DNA of 64,000 bases. Source: Eledone cirrhosa. Its lineage: Eukaryota. The stretch lies in NCBI GenBank assembly GCA_964016885.1, contig OZ024756.1, forward strand, positions 22,506,001 to 22,570,000, given 5' to 3'. Each line of letters opens with the position of its first letter. Within the stretch, counting starts at the first letter, position 1. Shown one piece after another: positions 27,454 through 43,282 of this stretch. The position numbers and the translations under genes are program-made. The notes under the pieces are model-generated. The model worked only from the letters and a program-made list of their open reading frames with translations. It made no database searches and was not told the DNA's origin.

Positions 27454-27957
27454 CAAATAATAATTATTGTTATATTAAGGCAAAAATACAGCGATTTGTG
27501 TTAGAAGGGAATGTCTTGTAAATAGGCCCCTAGTACTTAACTGGTACTTATCTACCCCTGGCAAGATATGCGTTCACACAGGACCATCTGAAACAGCCAA
27601 ACATCCTAGAAAGTTTTCATCTTTCCAATCTCTTATTCAATCAAATCCCACACTTTAAAACATTACAAATGCTTTTACATCCAGCAGTGCGGCCACAAAA
27701 GGTCATCAACAAGGTAATTGACCATTACTCACAACCTTAATGTATCCGAGATTGGCAACAGAATAGCAAAGATTAGATTAATGTGAAGCGCTTCCTTCAA
27801 GGTATCATGTCTATTAACCTTTTAGAATTTTGCCAATAAATTATCCATCAAATTTACGGAGTCATCTCTTCAATTTAGATCCTCAAATCATCTTTACTTT
27901 CATCGAAAATGCTCTCACTGTTCACTTTCTATGTATGTGCGAAGTATTGACATAAAG

Positions 27958-28574
27958 CAGGGGTCAGCAGCTTCTTTGCCTCCACGGGCTGGATCGAATA
28001 TTAATGATGGATAGCGGGCCAGACGAAGCCATAAAAGAATAATTGTTTCTACTTTAGGCACAAGGCCAGCAATTATCCCAGTGCATTACTGGTACTTTAT
28101 TTTATCGACCCCGCAAGGATGAAAGGCAAAGTCAACCTCGGCGGGATTTGAACTCAGATCGTAAAGGGACGTAACTATGATGGAAAGCATGGCGTACGAC
28201 CCTCTACTGATACTGCCAATCCACCGCCATAAAAGAATAATTATGGAAAATTACACAAGCTAAAATTTAATCATGAGTGTTGACTATATTTTTAAATGAT
28301 TTGAATTAACCACAGATGAATGTAGTAATGCGACGAATTTTTAATTGTGTTTTTGCTGTCAAAGCGTTCACATCCGGTTGATGGTAAACATTAGGTAGAG
28401 TGAATGAGAAGATTTGTGGAAGATTGTAACAGCAGGCCTTTTATTGTATTCAAAAGTCTCGTCTTTCATATTACAATAAATTTGAATTTTAAATAAACAA
28501 CTCATTGGGCATCAGTTCTCGCGGGCCGGTCAAAATCCCTTAGCGGGCCGTAGGTTGACCCCCTCCCCCCTCCG
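27958..28574. mobile_element. hAT (Charlie-like) MITE
   Basis: caggggtc start, subterminal gcgggcc motifs and 8-bp TSD acataaag/acatagag. Confidence 0.65.
28040..28228 (-). mobile_element. Young SINE A with target-site duplication, nested in a hAT MITE
   Basis: Flanked by ataaaagaataatt at about 28031 and 28229. Confidence 0.9.
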
Positions 28575-28660
28575 ACATAGAGTGTTTCTTGGGCATTGTT
28601 TTAAACCGGACGGTGCCGATTTCCACTCCAGATCTACTGCTCACATTGCCTTCAAATAAA

Positions 28661-29149
28661 CAAGGGTAGCCTGAAAAGTTCATAGGCTGACTATAAGGGA
28701 GTGATGCTAGAACTTAAACAACTTGCATGCATTAATTTCAACTCATCTTATTAATAACTGCATTGCTTCACTACAGAGACTATGTTGAAAAATATAGCTC
28801 GTTTGGTCATTCCATGAGAGTATCTTGGTCAGCCTACGAAGAAGTGACGCTAGAGCTGTGAAATCTTGCACGTTTTAATTTCAACACTTCTTATTAGTAA
28901 CTGCATTGTTTTGTTTCCAGGTACTATGTTGAGAAATATACCTCGTTTGCTCATTCCATGAGAGTATATTTGTCAGCCTACGAAGGAGTGATGCAAGAGC
29001 TGTGGAATCTTGGATACATTAATTCCAACTCTTCTTTTTAATACTTGCATTGTTTCTTTCCAGGGACTATGTTGAGAAATAAACCTCATTTGGTCATTCC
29101 AAGAGAGTATCTTGGTCAGCGTATGGACTTCTCAGAGGCCCCCCCTCAT
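28661..29149. mobile_element. Mariner-type MITE with internal triplication (about 144-bp unit); single degenerate copy at about 9625-9798
   Basis: TIR-like ctgaaaagttcataggctgac / ggtcagcgtatggacttctcag and three tandem internal units. Confidence 0.6.
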
Positions 29150-29942
29150 GCTGTACTACCCCACAAAACCGTTCATAAACATGTTATCTGCCGAGCTTTA
29201 GACTTAATTCCACCGACACACATTCACTAACAGAAGAAACTCACTCGAATTCAGAAACAGTGCGTTAAACACACTATTGTATTGCAGTTATATCTTTTGT
29301 TGTTGTTGTTTTTAATCAAAATATAAAAAAGAATATACTTGATAATACGATATATCGAATAGTGACATCATTCGGGTAATTTTATATGGTTTTTATTATT
29401 TTCAGTTAATAAATGATTAGCGTTATGAAGCGTTAAATTGAACATTTATTTAATTTAAAATGGACAACGCCATTCTTCATTGTGAATCAAAATGGAAGTA
29501 GCCAGTATTTCCAATCTGCAAACGAATCAGTGTTAATACAACCAAATGTATTGGTGTTATTCTTGACATTTTTATAAATTACAGACTTCGGTATAATTTG
29601 ATATTATTTCTAATTACGTAATTTTGCAACAAATAAATCTTCATTGAATATAAAATTCCGTTGAGCCAATCGGGAAATGTTGTTTCCATTATCAACACCA
29701 TTCGCTACTGATTGACCCAATTATATATTTATACACAATCCGTATAATCCTAGTTGTTATAAGGTAATCTGAAGTAGTTCAAAATTCATTCTAGGGAAGA
29801 ATAAATATCGTTAAGATGGACAATTAAAGAGCGATCAAAGGCAAATGAAAAACCCTACAGGAGATTGGATTGAGTGCGTGGACCATAAGTTACTTACGCA
29901 CATTCACACATCATGTACATACACTCAGACAGACGTACATGC

Positions 29943-30009
<67 letters not shown>

Positions 30010-30156
30010 TACATACATGCATATATATATATAAGTACATATATATATGTACACCTATATATATAAGTACATATATATATGTACACATACATATGCATAT
30101 ATATATATATATAAAATATTTATATATATGTGTGTGTGTGTATGTGTGTATGTGTG

Positions 30157-30205
<49 letters not shown>

Positions 30206-31297
30206 GTATTCATTGTTCTGTCGCCATGGAGGGCGTCGCCATGAAGTGTTTATTCAAGTTTAGTAAGACACATACATAAATTCTAATTGAACAAATAGAA
30301 TTTCCCAAGTGTCAATGATAATGTTGGTGGTGATGATGATGATAATGATAGTAGTTGCTGCTGCTGTTGCTGCTGCTGTTGAAGATGACGAGGATATCTG
30401 ATGAGGCGGATGATGGTCATAGTCTGCTGGATAACATCTCTCAACAATTACACGTGTATATTGTTAATTCACCTCTTTAATAGATGACACACTCAGACAT
30501 ACATACACTCATACATACACTCATACATACATACATACATACATACATACATACATACATACATACATACATACATACATGCACTCATACATACACTCAT
30601 ACATACATACAATCATACATACATACATACATACACTCATACATACATACACTCATACATACATACACTCATATATACACTCATACATACACTCATACAT
30701 ACATACATACATACACACATACATATACTCATACATACATACAATCATGGTGGCTGCCAACTCGTTTTCGAGTACGGCCACTACTTTATATCCATGTAGG
30801 AGAACCCCTACCAATGCGCTGAACGAGTGTGACTTTTTAGTCCAGCCCGCGATTTGAAACCTCTGGTACAAACACTACACTTGTGACAATTAGTGACACA
30901 TAGTGCTGGGCCCATGGTACCTTGTGATGACAAGTGCAGAGAGATCTCCAGATATAAAGCAATGCCTGTGCCGTGAAGCTTTTATAGTGAGCAAAGGCAC
31001 TGCACAAAGCCAGTCCCACTCTCTTAACCAAGATGATATTTACCAAAAAGAAGAACAAGTCAACATCATTGGATACCATCAGGGTTCCAGGTGTTATATC
31101 AGAGTTTTCCTTCTCCTAGAATTCTGCCTTGACAAAGGCTAAGGGGTCATAGCTCCCGGTGATTTTGGATGGCCATTGACTCTTAAGAGCTCCTTTGCCT
31201 TTTGACAGGTTTTGTTTTTATACATACATACATACATACATACATACATACATACATACATACATACATACATACATACATACATACATACATACAT

Positions 31298-31771
31298 AAT
31301 GGCTGAACACTCTGCTATGAGTATTGCAATCGCTTGTTAGATTACAGAAAATGGCACATTTTTAGGCTACGGCCAGTCACACACACCTGTAACATATCCT
31401 GAATAAGCGATGCCTGTGCTTTGGGGAAAGGCCTTGCACTCGGCCAATACCACTCTCTGAGCATCGAAAATACTACCCGAAATGGAGAACTGGTCAACAT
31501 CATCGGATGTTTCCGAAGCCGCAGGTTTTTTTGAGTTTCCCTCTCCTAGAAAGGTGTCCTGACAACGTCTGGGGGCCTTTCGCTCCCAGGTGAAAAAAAA
31601 AAGTACTATTTGGATTGCCGTTGACTCTGCTGAGTTCTCCGCCCTTTGGCGAGTCTTGTATTTCACCCGCAGGGTATCCAAATATCACACTTCTCACCTG
31701 ATGCGGTTGCAGGTTTAGTCGCCGACGACCCGACCATGAGACAGATTGTACTGGGTTACATGTTACCAGTA
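31298..31771 (-). mobile_element. Retroposon in (CATA)n sharing the family C head
   Basis: Right end gtttagtcgccgacgacccgaccatg...tactgggttacatgttaccagta matches 13116-13173. The body differs. Confidence 0.6.
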
Positions 31772-31813
31772 CATACATACATACATACATACATACATAC
31801 ATACATACATACA

Positions 31814-31844
<31 letters not shown>

Positions 31845-31900
31845 TTATTGGTAAAAATTTGTGGAATTATAAACCCTGAAGAACATATATACATACATAT

Positions 31901-32205
31901 TAAAGATTAGCGAAAAGGAGAATATTTATGCAGAACTAATGAGAAATCTGTAGATACTCCACCTTGACTATACCTTCATATTTATGGCTGTGATTATTAT
32001 GACACTAGGATATGTTAGTAACTGCCTCAATACAAATCTTGAGAAGCTGGGCTTCACAGAAACAGAAAGAACACAACTAGTTAGAAAATTACAAGTATAA
32101 TCCATTAATGGAACAGTAAAACTATGTAAAACATTGCAAAAATTCTGCATTTAATAACTGCATGTAAACATGTACAGATACAAAGCATATGCAGATGCAC
32201 ATATG
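31901..32205 (+). pseudogene. Second R4-like RLE 3' fragment
   Basis: Close nucleotide match to 24620-24925. Confidence 0.75.
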
Positions 32206-32961
32206 TGGATATAAATTATGCCCACACACAGAAAAGATGCAATGCTCAGACAAGTTACAGAGACGACAAACATAAACGAACTCCAACCAAAATTAAACAG
32301 AAAACATGAATGGATTAGCAAAATTACAACTAGTAATTAAGTACAAAATGAAGACATACAGACACACACACACAAACAAAACTAACAAAACAAATCAGAC
32401 AGACACAGATAGAACAAACAACCAACTAATGACAAATAAATAAATACATAAATAAATAAATAAATAAATAAATAAACACACACACACACACACCTGCGCA
32501 AACTAAGCACACAACACACAAAAACAAGATGGTGTAGGACTGAAAAAAGGAGAGACGCAAAATAAAAACCTAGTCTCTGAGGACGTCACAGAAGGAGCTT
32601 TGACGATATATAAACCAAGATCCGGTTATCGATCCAACCAGCCAGCCAACCAACCAACCGGAAATATATAATAAATTATGAAAACCAATAGGTGCGTATG
32701 ATTTTATTGGCAGCATAACCATCCGAAAGAATAACAATATCTGTTTCAACACAGATTTTCTGACAAGAAATCTGACAAAACAAATTAAAAAATGAAGTAT
32801 TTATTTATTTAAGCAGATATATTTATTCTGACGTCACTCTGGGGTTAACAACTTCTTGTCGTCGACATGTTCTCAAATCGAAATTCGTGGGCACAGAACC
32901 ACACACACATACGCACACACACTTCACCCCCCCCCCCACACACACACAAATAACACACACG

Positions 32962-33029
<68 letters not shown>

Positions 33030-33152
33030 CATATATATATAATAGGGGTGTATGGAAAAGAATATACGATATGTTTATGTAGAATAATGTAAAATAATAT
33101 ATATATATTTTTCAAAATGGCGTAGACATACAATACAAGAGGAGGAGCATAA

Positions 33153-33204
33153 TAGTACCACTGATGATGTTGCAGATGTGCAACGAAAGAACTTTGTTAG
33201 ACTA
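33153..33204 (+). ncRNA. Degenerate hammerhead (family P13)
   Basis: CTGATGA-t-gttgca(gatg)tgcaac-GAAA with eroded stems I and III. The downstream tail matches the fold-back at 26078-26186. Confidence 0.45.
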
Positions 33205-33501
33205 TATATATGTGTTTATATCTATATTATATCTGTATTTTTGACCGTTGGTCAGTCAATAATAAACATTGAGGACCAAATGAATTAACTGTGGATAAAA
33301 CCAACCAAACAATGAGTGTGTTCTGTTATTATTTCTGGCAATATTATTACAACAATATGACCCTCCCCAAATATAACAATATAACAATATATATATATAT
33401 ATTTATATATATATATATTTATTTTTATATAATTATATATATATATATATTTATTTATATATAATTATATATATATATATATTTATATATTTTTATATAT
33501 A

Positions 33502-33534
<33 letters not shown>

Positions 33535-33547
33535 GTGTATATATATA

Positions 33548-33733
33548 TAATTGTTTCTACTTTAGGCACAAGGCCAGCCATTATCCCAGTGCATTACTGG
33601 TACTTTATTTTATCGACCCCGTAAGGATGAAGGGCAAAGTTAACCTCGGTGGGATTTGAACTCAGATCATAAAGGGACGTAACTATGCTGGAAAGCATGG
33701 CGTCCGACCCTCTACCGATACTGCCAATCCGCC
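33548..33733 (-). mobile_element. SINE A
   Basis: Homology to the family A consensus. Confidence 0.85.
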
Positions 33734-33757
33734 AATGTGGGTAATATTATGTATATA

Positions 33758-33796
<39 letters not shown>

Positions 33797-33859
33797 ATAT
33801 ATATAAAAGTTAATAGATAGGTAAGTAAGTGTTCATATAGAGAGTATAAAAGAAAGGCA

Positions 33860-34023
33860 GATCTAGAGAGAGAGAGAGGAAGAGAGAGAGAGAGAGGAGA
33901 GGGAGAGAGAGAGAGAAACAGAGAGAGAGCGGGAGCTACAGAAACATGCAGCGAATCAGAGAGAGATAGAGGGACAGACTGACAGTGACAAAGAATCTAG
34001 GAGAGAGAGAGAGAGAGAGAAGT

Positions 34024-34083
<60 letters not shown>

Positions 34084-34160
34084 GAGAGAGAGAGTGAGCT
34101 ACAGAAACATGCAGCGAATCAGAGAGAGATAGAGGGACAGACTGACAGTGACAAAGAATC

Positions 34161-34247
<87 letters not shown>

Positions 34248-34325
34248 GAGAGAGAGAGAGTGAGCTACAGAAACATGCAGCGAATCAGAGAGAGATAGAG
34301 GGCAGACTGACAGTGACAAAGAATC

Positions 34326-34412
<87 letters not shown>

Positions 34413-34489
34413 GAGAGAGAGCGGGAGCTACAGAAACATGCAGCGAATCAGAGAGAGATAGAGGGACAGACTGACAGTGACAAAGAATC

Positions 34490-34562
<73 letters not shown>

Positions 34563-34639
34563 GAGAGAGAGCGGGAGCTACAGAAACATGCAGCGAATCA
34601 GAGAGAGATAGAGGGACAGACTGACAGTGACAAAGAATC

Positions 34640-34710
<71 letters not shown>
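33860..34710. repeat. Tandem array of a roughly 85-bp unit plus variable (GA)n, 5 copies
   Basis: gagctacagaaacatgcagcgaatcaga...gactgacagtgacaaagaatctagg repeated. Confidence 0.9.
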
Positions 34711-34712
<2 letters not shown>

Positions 34713-35254
34713 CTAAACTTAATTTCAGGACGAAACACAACCACAGATTTCCTGCTGACATACAGGAAAATATTCCATTCCAGCGTTACTCGAAGAATCG
34801 ATGTTGAACATAAATATATCAATATTTGAGCATTGATATGTGAGTTTATGTGCGTATATGTATGTGTATGTGTGTGTATGTGTATGTGTGTGTGTATGTG
34901 CGTATGTGTATGTGTGTGTTTGTGTGTATCTATGTATTTGCGTATGTGTATGTGTGTGTTTGCGTGTATCTATGTATTTGCGTATGTGTATGTGTGTGTT
35001 TGTGTGTATCTATGTATTTGCGTATGTGTATATGTGTGTATCTATATATGTGTGTGCGTATGTGTATCTGTCTGTGTGTGTATGTGTTATATGTGTATGT
35101 GTATGGGTGTATTTGCGTATGTGTATGCGTGTGTATCTACATATGTGTATGTGTGTGTACGTGTATATGTGTGTGTGTGTATGTGCGATGTTGACGTGTG
35201 TATGTGTATGGGTGTATTTGCGTATGTGCATGAGGGTGTATCTATATATGTGCA

Positions 35255-35293
<39 letters not shown>

Positions 35294-35574
35294 GTATGCG
35301 TATGTGTATGTGTGTGGTGTATCTATACATATCCATGAGTGTGTATGTGTATGTGTGTGTATGTGTGTAAGTGTATGTGTGTTTATCTATATATGTGTGT
35401 GTGTGTGTATGTGTATGTGTGTGTATGTGTGAGTATGTGTATGTGTGTATTTGCGTATACGTATGTGTGTGGGTGTATCTATATATGTGCATGTATGTGT
35501 GTATTTGCGTATGTGTATCGGTGTGTCTATATATGTGTGTATATGTGTGTATGTGTGTATATGTATGTGTGTAT

Positions 35575-37900
35575 ATGTGTGCATCTGGTTATATATGTGT
35601 GTGCATCTGTATATATATCTGGTTATATATGTGTGTGCATCTGTATATATATATGTGTGTGCATCTGTATATATATGTGTGTACATCTGTTTATATATGT
35701 GTGTACATCTGTATATATATATATGTGTGTGCATCTGTATATATATATGTGTGTGCATCTATATATATATATATGTGTGTGCATCTGTTTATATATGGGT
35801 GTACATCTGTATATATATATGTGTATGCATCTGTGTGTATATATGTGTGTGCATCTGTATATATATATATGTGTGTGCATCTGTTTATATATGTGTGTAC
35901 ATCTGTATATATATATGTGTGTGCTTCTGTATATATATATGTGTGTGCATCTGTTTATATATGTGTGTACATCTGTATATATATGTGTGTACATCTGTAT
36001 ATATATATGTGTGTGCATCTGTATATATATATGTGTGTGCATCTGTATATATATATGTGTGTGTGCTTCTGTATATATATGTGTGTACATCTGTTTATAT
36101 ATGTGTGTACATCTGTACATATATATGTGTGTGCATCTGTATATATATATGTGTGTGCATCTGTATATATATGTGTGTGCATCTGTTTATATATGTGTGT
36201 ACATCTGTTTATATATGTGTGTACATCTGTATATATATATGTGTGTGCATCTGTATATATATATATGTGTGTGCATCTGTTTATATATGTGTGTACATCT
36301 GTATATATATATGTGTGTGCTTCTGTATATATATATGTGTGTGCATCTGTTTATATATGTGTGTACATCTGTATATATATATGTGTGTGCATCTGTATAT
36401 ATATATGTGTGTGCATCTGTATATATATATGTGTGTGCATCTGTATATATATATGTGTGTGCATCTGTATATATATGTGTGTGCATCTGTTTATATATGT
36501 GTGTATATCTGTTTATATATGTGTGTACATCTGTATATATATATGTGTGTGCATCTGTATATATATATGTGTGTGCATCTGTATATATACGTGTGTGCAT
36601 CTGTTTATATATGTGTGTGTGCATCTGTATATATATGTGTGTGCATCTGTTTATATATGTGTGTATATCTGTTTATATATGTGTGTACATCTGTATATAT
36701 ATATGTGTGTGCATCTGTATATATATATGTGTGTGCATCTGTATATATATATGTGTGTGCATCTGTATATATATGTGTGTGCATCTGTTTATATATGTGT
36801 GTACATCTGTTTATATATGTGTGTGCATCTGTATATATATATGTGTGTGCATCTGTTTATATATGTGTGTACATCTGTTTATATATGTGTGTACATCTGT
36901 ACATATATATGTGTGTGCATCTGTATATATATATGTGTGTGTGCATCTGTATATATATATGTGTGTGCATCTGTTTATATATGTGTGTGTGCATCTGTAT
37001 ATATATGTGTGTGCATCTGTTTATATATGTGTGTATATCTGTTTATATATGTGTGTACATCTGTATATATATATGTGTGTGCATCTGTATATATATATGT
37101 GTGTGCATCTGTATATATATATGTGTGTGCATCTGTATATATATGTGTGTGCATCTGTTTATATATGTGTGTACATCTGTTTATATATGTGTGTACATCT
37201 GTATATATATATGTGTGTGCATCTGTATATATATATGTGTGTGCATCTGTTTATATATGTGTGTACATCTGTTTATATATGTGTGTACATCTGTACATAT
37301 ATATGTGTGTGCATCTGTATATATATATGTGTGTGTGCATCTGTATATATATGTGTGTGTGTATCTGTATATATATATATATGTGTGTGCATCTGTATAT
37401 ATATATGTGTGTGCATCTGTATATATATATGTGTGTGCATCTGTATATATATATGTGTGTGCATCTGTATATATATGTGTGTGCATCTGTATATATATAT
37501 GTGTGTGCATCTGTATATATATGTGTGTGTGCATCTGTATATATATGTGTGTACATCTGTTTATATATGTGTGTACATCTGTATATATATATATGTGTGT
37601 GCATCTGTATATATATATGTGTGTGCATCTGTATATATATATATGTGTGTGCATCTGTTTATATATGTGTGTACATCTGTATATATATATGTGTATGCAT
37701 CTGTGTATATATATGTGTGTGCATCTGTATATATATATATGTGTGTGCATCTGTTTATATATGTGTGTACATCTGTATATATATATGTGTGTGCATCTGT
37801 ATATATATATATGTATGTGCATCTGTTTATATATGTGTGTACATCTGTATATATATGTGTGTGTGCATCTGTATATATATATGTGTGTGTGTGTGCATCT
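35575..37900. repeat. Minisatellite of about 22-26 bp (gtgtgtgcatctgtatatatatat)n, about 2.3 kb
   Basis: Direct inspection. It accounts for the 826-860 aa spurious ORFs. Confidence 0.95.
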
Positions 37901-38121
37901 CACAGAATGTAATAATACATTATAGAATCGGAAGGTCAGCCCTGGGCACTTGATTGATCAAATGTGTTTGAAATGTTCATCACGAATGACAGTACATCAT
38001 CAACAAATTGGAAACTCTATGTACACTACAAATATTCCTTCGACTTAACACATAAACTGTTATGGAAGATGAACACTGCTAAAATTCGATATCTTCATAT
38101 CTTATTAATACAGCTAATCAA

Positions 38122-39798
38122 GGCAGTGGATTGGCATTATCGATAGAGGGTCGGACGCCATGCTTTGCAGCATAGAGTTATGATCGTTTATCAGTTCAAA
38201 TGCCGTCAAGGTTAACTTTGCCGTTCATCCTTACGAGGTCGATAAAATAAAGTACCAGTACTGGGGTCGATTTAATCGAATTTCCCTTCCCCCAAAATTG
38301 ATGGCCTTGTTTTTATATAAAGAAACCATTAATACAACTAATCGATATCGGTACCACAACCTGTTAATAAGGATATTTACTTCATTACTCAAGATGGGGA
38401 AGTGACAGAGTCGTTAGAATGTTGGCTAGAATGATTTACAGTAGTCGTTTAAGCTTTCTGCTCTCTAAGTTCAAATCCCGCCGAAGTCAATTTTGCCTTT
38501 CATCCATTCAAGATCGATAAAAATAAAGTACCAATCAAATACTGGGATCGGTTCTTCCTCTACATCTCTTTCTCACTTCTATTCTCTCACTCTCTCTATC
38601 CTTCTATGGAAGAAATCTGCTGTATTTAAATCGGGAGAGGGGAGGGGCTCTGTCAGGTTTACAAAATGCCCTAGAAACGCTGTATGTCAATACAGCGCCC
38701 CCACCACTCTCCCAGGAGTTACGGGACCATTCATACATACTTTATTACAATCATAAAAACTGTATAAAGATGATATTATTTACAGTAAAGATGATATTAT
38801 TTACAGCGGTGGATTGGCAGTATCGGTAGAGAGTCGGACGCCATGCTTTCCAGCATAGTTACGTCCCTTTACGGTCCCAGTTCAAATCCCGCTGAGGTTA
38901 ACTTTGCCTTTCATCCTTACGGGGTCGATAAAATAAAGTACCAGTAATGTACTGGGTTATTGATGGCCTTGTGCCAAAAGTAGAAACAATTATTTACAGT
39001 AAAACTAATTGTTTCTACTGTTGGCACAAGGCCAGCAATTATAACAGCGCATTACTGGTACTTTACTTTGTCGACCCCGTAAGGATGAAAGGCAAAGTTA
39101 AATTCGGTGGGATTTGAACTCAGACCGCAAAGAGGCGTAACTCTATGTTATTTACAATAAAAATAATAATAACAATGACAACTATAATGACGGCAATAAT
39201 AATAAAATAAAAAAAGGGAAACAAAAGAAAAGAAAGAATAGGGAAATATAGAGAAAAAAGATAGGAAGAAAGAAGAAAAAGAACGGGAAGGAGAGGGGAT
39301 GGCAAGAGCTCTAGTGTCGCAGAAGAGAGGGGAGAGGTGAAGGTGGAGGGTGATTGGGCTTTGGGCCTAAGACAAGAGGGCATAAGTGCAAACCAAACTA
39401 AACTCGTTCTTACGCTTACAAGTTAGACTAACATCCATAGTGGAACCATAGTTTCATTCCTTGACCAATTACCCCAGTGCATTACTGGTGCTTTATTTCA
39501 TCGACCGCGTAAGAATGAAAGGCAAAGTTAACCTCTGCGGGATTTGAACTCAGAACGTAAAGGGCCATAACTTATATGCTGCAAAGCATGGTATATGACG
39601 CTCGACCGATGCTGCCATAAAATAGTGTTTCTACTTTTGACACAAGGCCAGTACATTACTGGTGCTTTATTTTATCGACCCCGTAAAGGATGAAAGTCAA
39701 AGTTAACCTCGGCGGAATTTGAACTCAGAACGTAAAGGGCCATAACTCTATGCATAACTCTATGCCGAATCTTTACCGATGATGCCCATCCACCGCCC
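38122..39798. mobile_element. Cluster of SINE A copies (38122-38330 +, 38396-38550 +, 38806-38993 +, 39007-39147 -, 39466-39616 -, 39626-39798 -)
   Basis: Repeated matches to the family A consensus. Confidence 0.8.
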
Positions 39799-40100
39799 TA
39801 AGCGTCATAAAATAGTACCATGAAAATAATGTCTACGTGATATGCAACGACGTGTGAAATGTATTTAACATCAAAACGAATCTAAATGGAAATTTGAAAA
39901 AAAAAGTACGTACAGTAAAAAATCTAATTAGATAATCATCACTAGTATTGAAGCCCACCTATCCTTTAAAAAACTACAAACTATAATCTACTTTGTATAA
40001 ATCAATTTCTTTTCGTTCTGTACTGTAAATTTGCATGTATAAGTAAAAAACCATTTGGTACATCTTCAAATAGTTATTAGTTTAACTGTACACACACACG

Positions 40101-40168
<68 letters not shown>

Positions 40169-40214
40169 AATAAATAAATAAATAAATAAATAAATATATA
40201 TATACATATATAAA

Positions 40215-40248
<34 letters not shown>

Positions 40249-40327
40249 GTGTATATATATTTATTTATTTATTTATTTATTTATACACATATATATATAT
40301 ATTTATACACCCACATATATATATATA

Positions 40328-40391
<64 letters not shown>

Positions 40392-40752
40392 GTACAAATA
40401 TATACACACATACTCACATGCATATCTATGGTAGTCGATAGATGGGTGAGTAACTATGTATCCATAAATCTATGTGCATTCTTTTGAATGTTTGAATGTC
40501 TTTAGAGGTTTCGTGAAGTTTTTATCTTCCTCAAATATATTGTGATACGAAATTTAAAAAAATACACATTAAAATAACCCATGCGAAAAAAAAATAAGAT
40601 TCAGAAATACGTAGAGCAGAAAAAATCACATGAATCTTATAGTTAATTAATCAATTATCGAATGAACGAAAGAAAATATAGAAATGAACGAGTGTTATAA
40701 AATGAACTTAGAACGGAAAAATGAACGACTAATGAAAGAAAGAATGAAGGAA

Positions 40753-41430
40753 ATAACTGTTTCTACTTTTGGCACAAGGCCAGCAATTACCCAGTGCATT
40801 ACTGGTACTTTATTTTATCGACCCCGTAAGGATGAAAGGCAAAGCTAACCTCGGCAGGATTTGAACTCAGATCAGAAAGGGGCGTAACTCTGTGCTACAA
40901 AGCATGTTGTTCGACCCTGAATGAAGGAAATAACGAAGGAAATTATGAGGAAATAATTTCCATTGATGATGATGATGATGATGATGATAGTTAGTAATAT
41001 GTTGGTGGTGATGTTGGTTGTATATTTTCAGAATCATTATAAAATATAAAAAAAGGGTGGTGAATTGGCAGTATCGGTAGAGGGTCAGACGCCATGCTTT
41101 CTAGCATAGTTATGTCCCTTTATGATCTGAGTTCAAATCCCACCGAGGTTCACTTTGCCTTTCATCCTTACGGGGTCGATAAAATAAAGTACCAGTGATG
41201 CACTGGTTAATTGCTAGCCTTGTGCCTAAAGTAGAAACAATTATGAGGGTGGTGGATTGGCAGTAAAGGTAGAGCGTCGTACACCATGTTTCGCTGCATA
41301 GTTACGTCCCTATATGTTCTGAGTTCAAATCCCACCGAGATTAGCTTATGGGTTCAATAAAATAAAGCATGGGAGTTGATTTAATAGACGTTCCCCTCCC
41401 CCAAACATTGTTGACCCTCGTGCCTATAGT
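40753..41430. mobile_element. SINE A copies (40753-40918 -, 41056-41244 +, 41248-41430 +)
   Basis: Homology to the family A consensus. Confidence 0.8.
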
Positions 41431-42493
41431 CTAAGTCTAAAGTCTGTCTTAAGCCAGAAGTCTCATTTGGCCGATGCTTATCCCGGTTTCATGGCGTGAA
41501 GCGACTGAGAGCAAAAGACTCCCCTCTGGACAGGACGCCAGTCCATCGCAGGGTTAAACCACCAGCTATAGCTGGTAATCATTTTCGGCTGAGTATACTC
41601 GAGCAACGTGAAATGAAGTGTTTTGCTCAAGAACACAACACGCAACCCAGGAATTGAACACCCTTACCACTAGGCCACATGCCTCCACCATGCCTATAGT
41701 AAAAGCTATTATTATTATAAATAAAACTCTGGATGACACAAACATCATACGGTGTGCCAAGAAAATAAAAGTATATTCTGTCACGCTTCTTTAACATCTA
41801 AGTGCATATCATTCCGACTTCAAATTTTCCTCCCTCCTGTGTCCCTGAAAGAAAATAACACACAGCATTGTGTGCTTTAATGAATTGAAGTCAAAACTTA
41901 TTCAATTTCTTCCCATGTCCCTGTGCCAATATTAATAATCAACAGTATAATTATTTACATTTGGCATTATAATACCAACTTTATATAGAATATTAGAAGG
42001 ACTTAATTAATTTCTGTAATTAAAATTACACCCGTCGTGAAGCGAAAGAATCCTTAGCTTAATGAGAAATTCCGTTAAGAATTAATCATTAAAAGATATG
42101 AATTTATAGAAATAAGTTAGAAATGGTATGTGGGTAATGAAATTTGGAGTGCGTCTCCGTGTGATAAGGACAGTAGGGGAGACAACTACTGAGTTACTTA
42201 CGTCGTATATGTTTCTTTGTACGGCAAGAAAAAGAATTACTGGGGAGGTTTTATTGGGTAAAGCCAACCAACAAACTGGCAGGAGACACAACGGCTAACC
42301 CTTGGGCACCATTGTTGGTATCATCATGTGACCGGCTGGCTTCCCTTCAGGGATATAGCCGGATAAATTGAAGACGGTTGGTTTTGAGAGGACCCACAGG
42401 AAGGAGTGTTTGAGGATACTGCCCATCACCCCCAGGAATACTTAGAAGAAGAAGAAGAAGAAGAAGAAGAAGAAGAAGAAGAAGAAGAAGAAG

Positions 42494-42559
<66 letters not shown>

Positions 42560-42587
42560 AACAACAACAACAACAACAACAGCAGCA

Positions 42588-42730
42588 GATGTCATCAAGG
42601 ATGATCTCCGGAGGCTCGACGCCACCATGGAGGATGCAGACAGGCTGGCACAGGACAACCAGCGTTGGAGGGCACAGGTGGACCTCGTCAGCTTTATGCA
42701 GGATGATACCTCTGGATCACTGACCTAAGA
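42588..42730 (+). pseudogene. RTE LINE extreme 3' fragment
   Basis: DVIKDDLRRLDATMEDADRLAQDNQRWRAQV matches the AQDRxxWR C-terminal motif. Confidence 0.6.
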
Positions 42731-42866
42731 TGACCCCAGTCTCATGGAGCACGAGCAAGAAGATGAAGATATAAATCGTCAAAATATGGACAGTAAATAT
42801 GATATAAGAAGCAGAAGCATTCCAGCCATGACTAACCCGTCATATTCTCATTATACTGGATCTAGC

Positions 42867-43148
42867 AGTATCAGTAGAGGGTCGGACACCATGCTTTGCA
42901 GCATAGAGTTACGGTCCTTTACGATCGGAGTTCAAATCCTGCCGAGGTTAACTTTGCCTTTCATCCCTACGTGGTCGATAAAATAAAGTACCAATAATGT
43001 ACTGGGATAATTGCTGGCCTTGTGTCAAAAGTAGAAACAATTATTTTATGGCAGTATCGGTAGTACCAGTCACGTACTGGGGTCGATTTAATCGACTTTC
43101 CCCTCCTCCCAAATTACTAGCCTTGTGCCTATACTAGAAATCATTATT
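42867..43148 (+). mobile_element. SINE A plus 3' fragment of the long variant
   Basis: Homology to the family A consensus. Confidence 0.8.
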
Positions 43149-43282
43149 GTGGATCTAAGACTATAGTAAACAATGTTAAGCAGCGAAATTACAAAATGGT
43201 GAGAATTTCGAATAGAATCCTTTGGAATATTTATTAGGTTTTACTCTGAGATTTGAGCTCAATTTTTTTCGTGTTCAATTTT

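Noticed and set aside
33860-34710. CRISPR-like array
   Set aside because: The spacers are only (GA)n of variable length.
35339-37953. Three ORFs of 826-860 aa
   Set aside because: They are translations of a stop-free minisatellite, open in all three frames.
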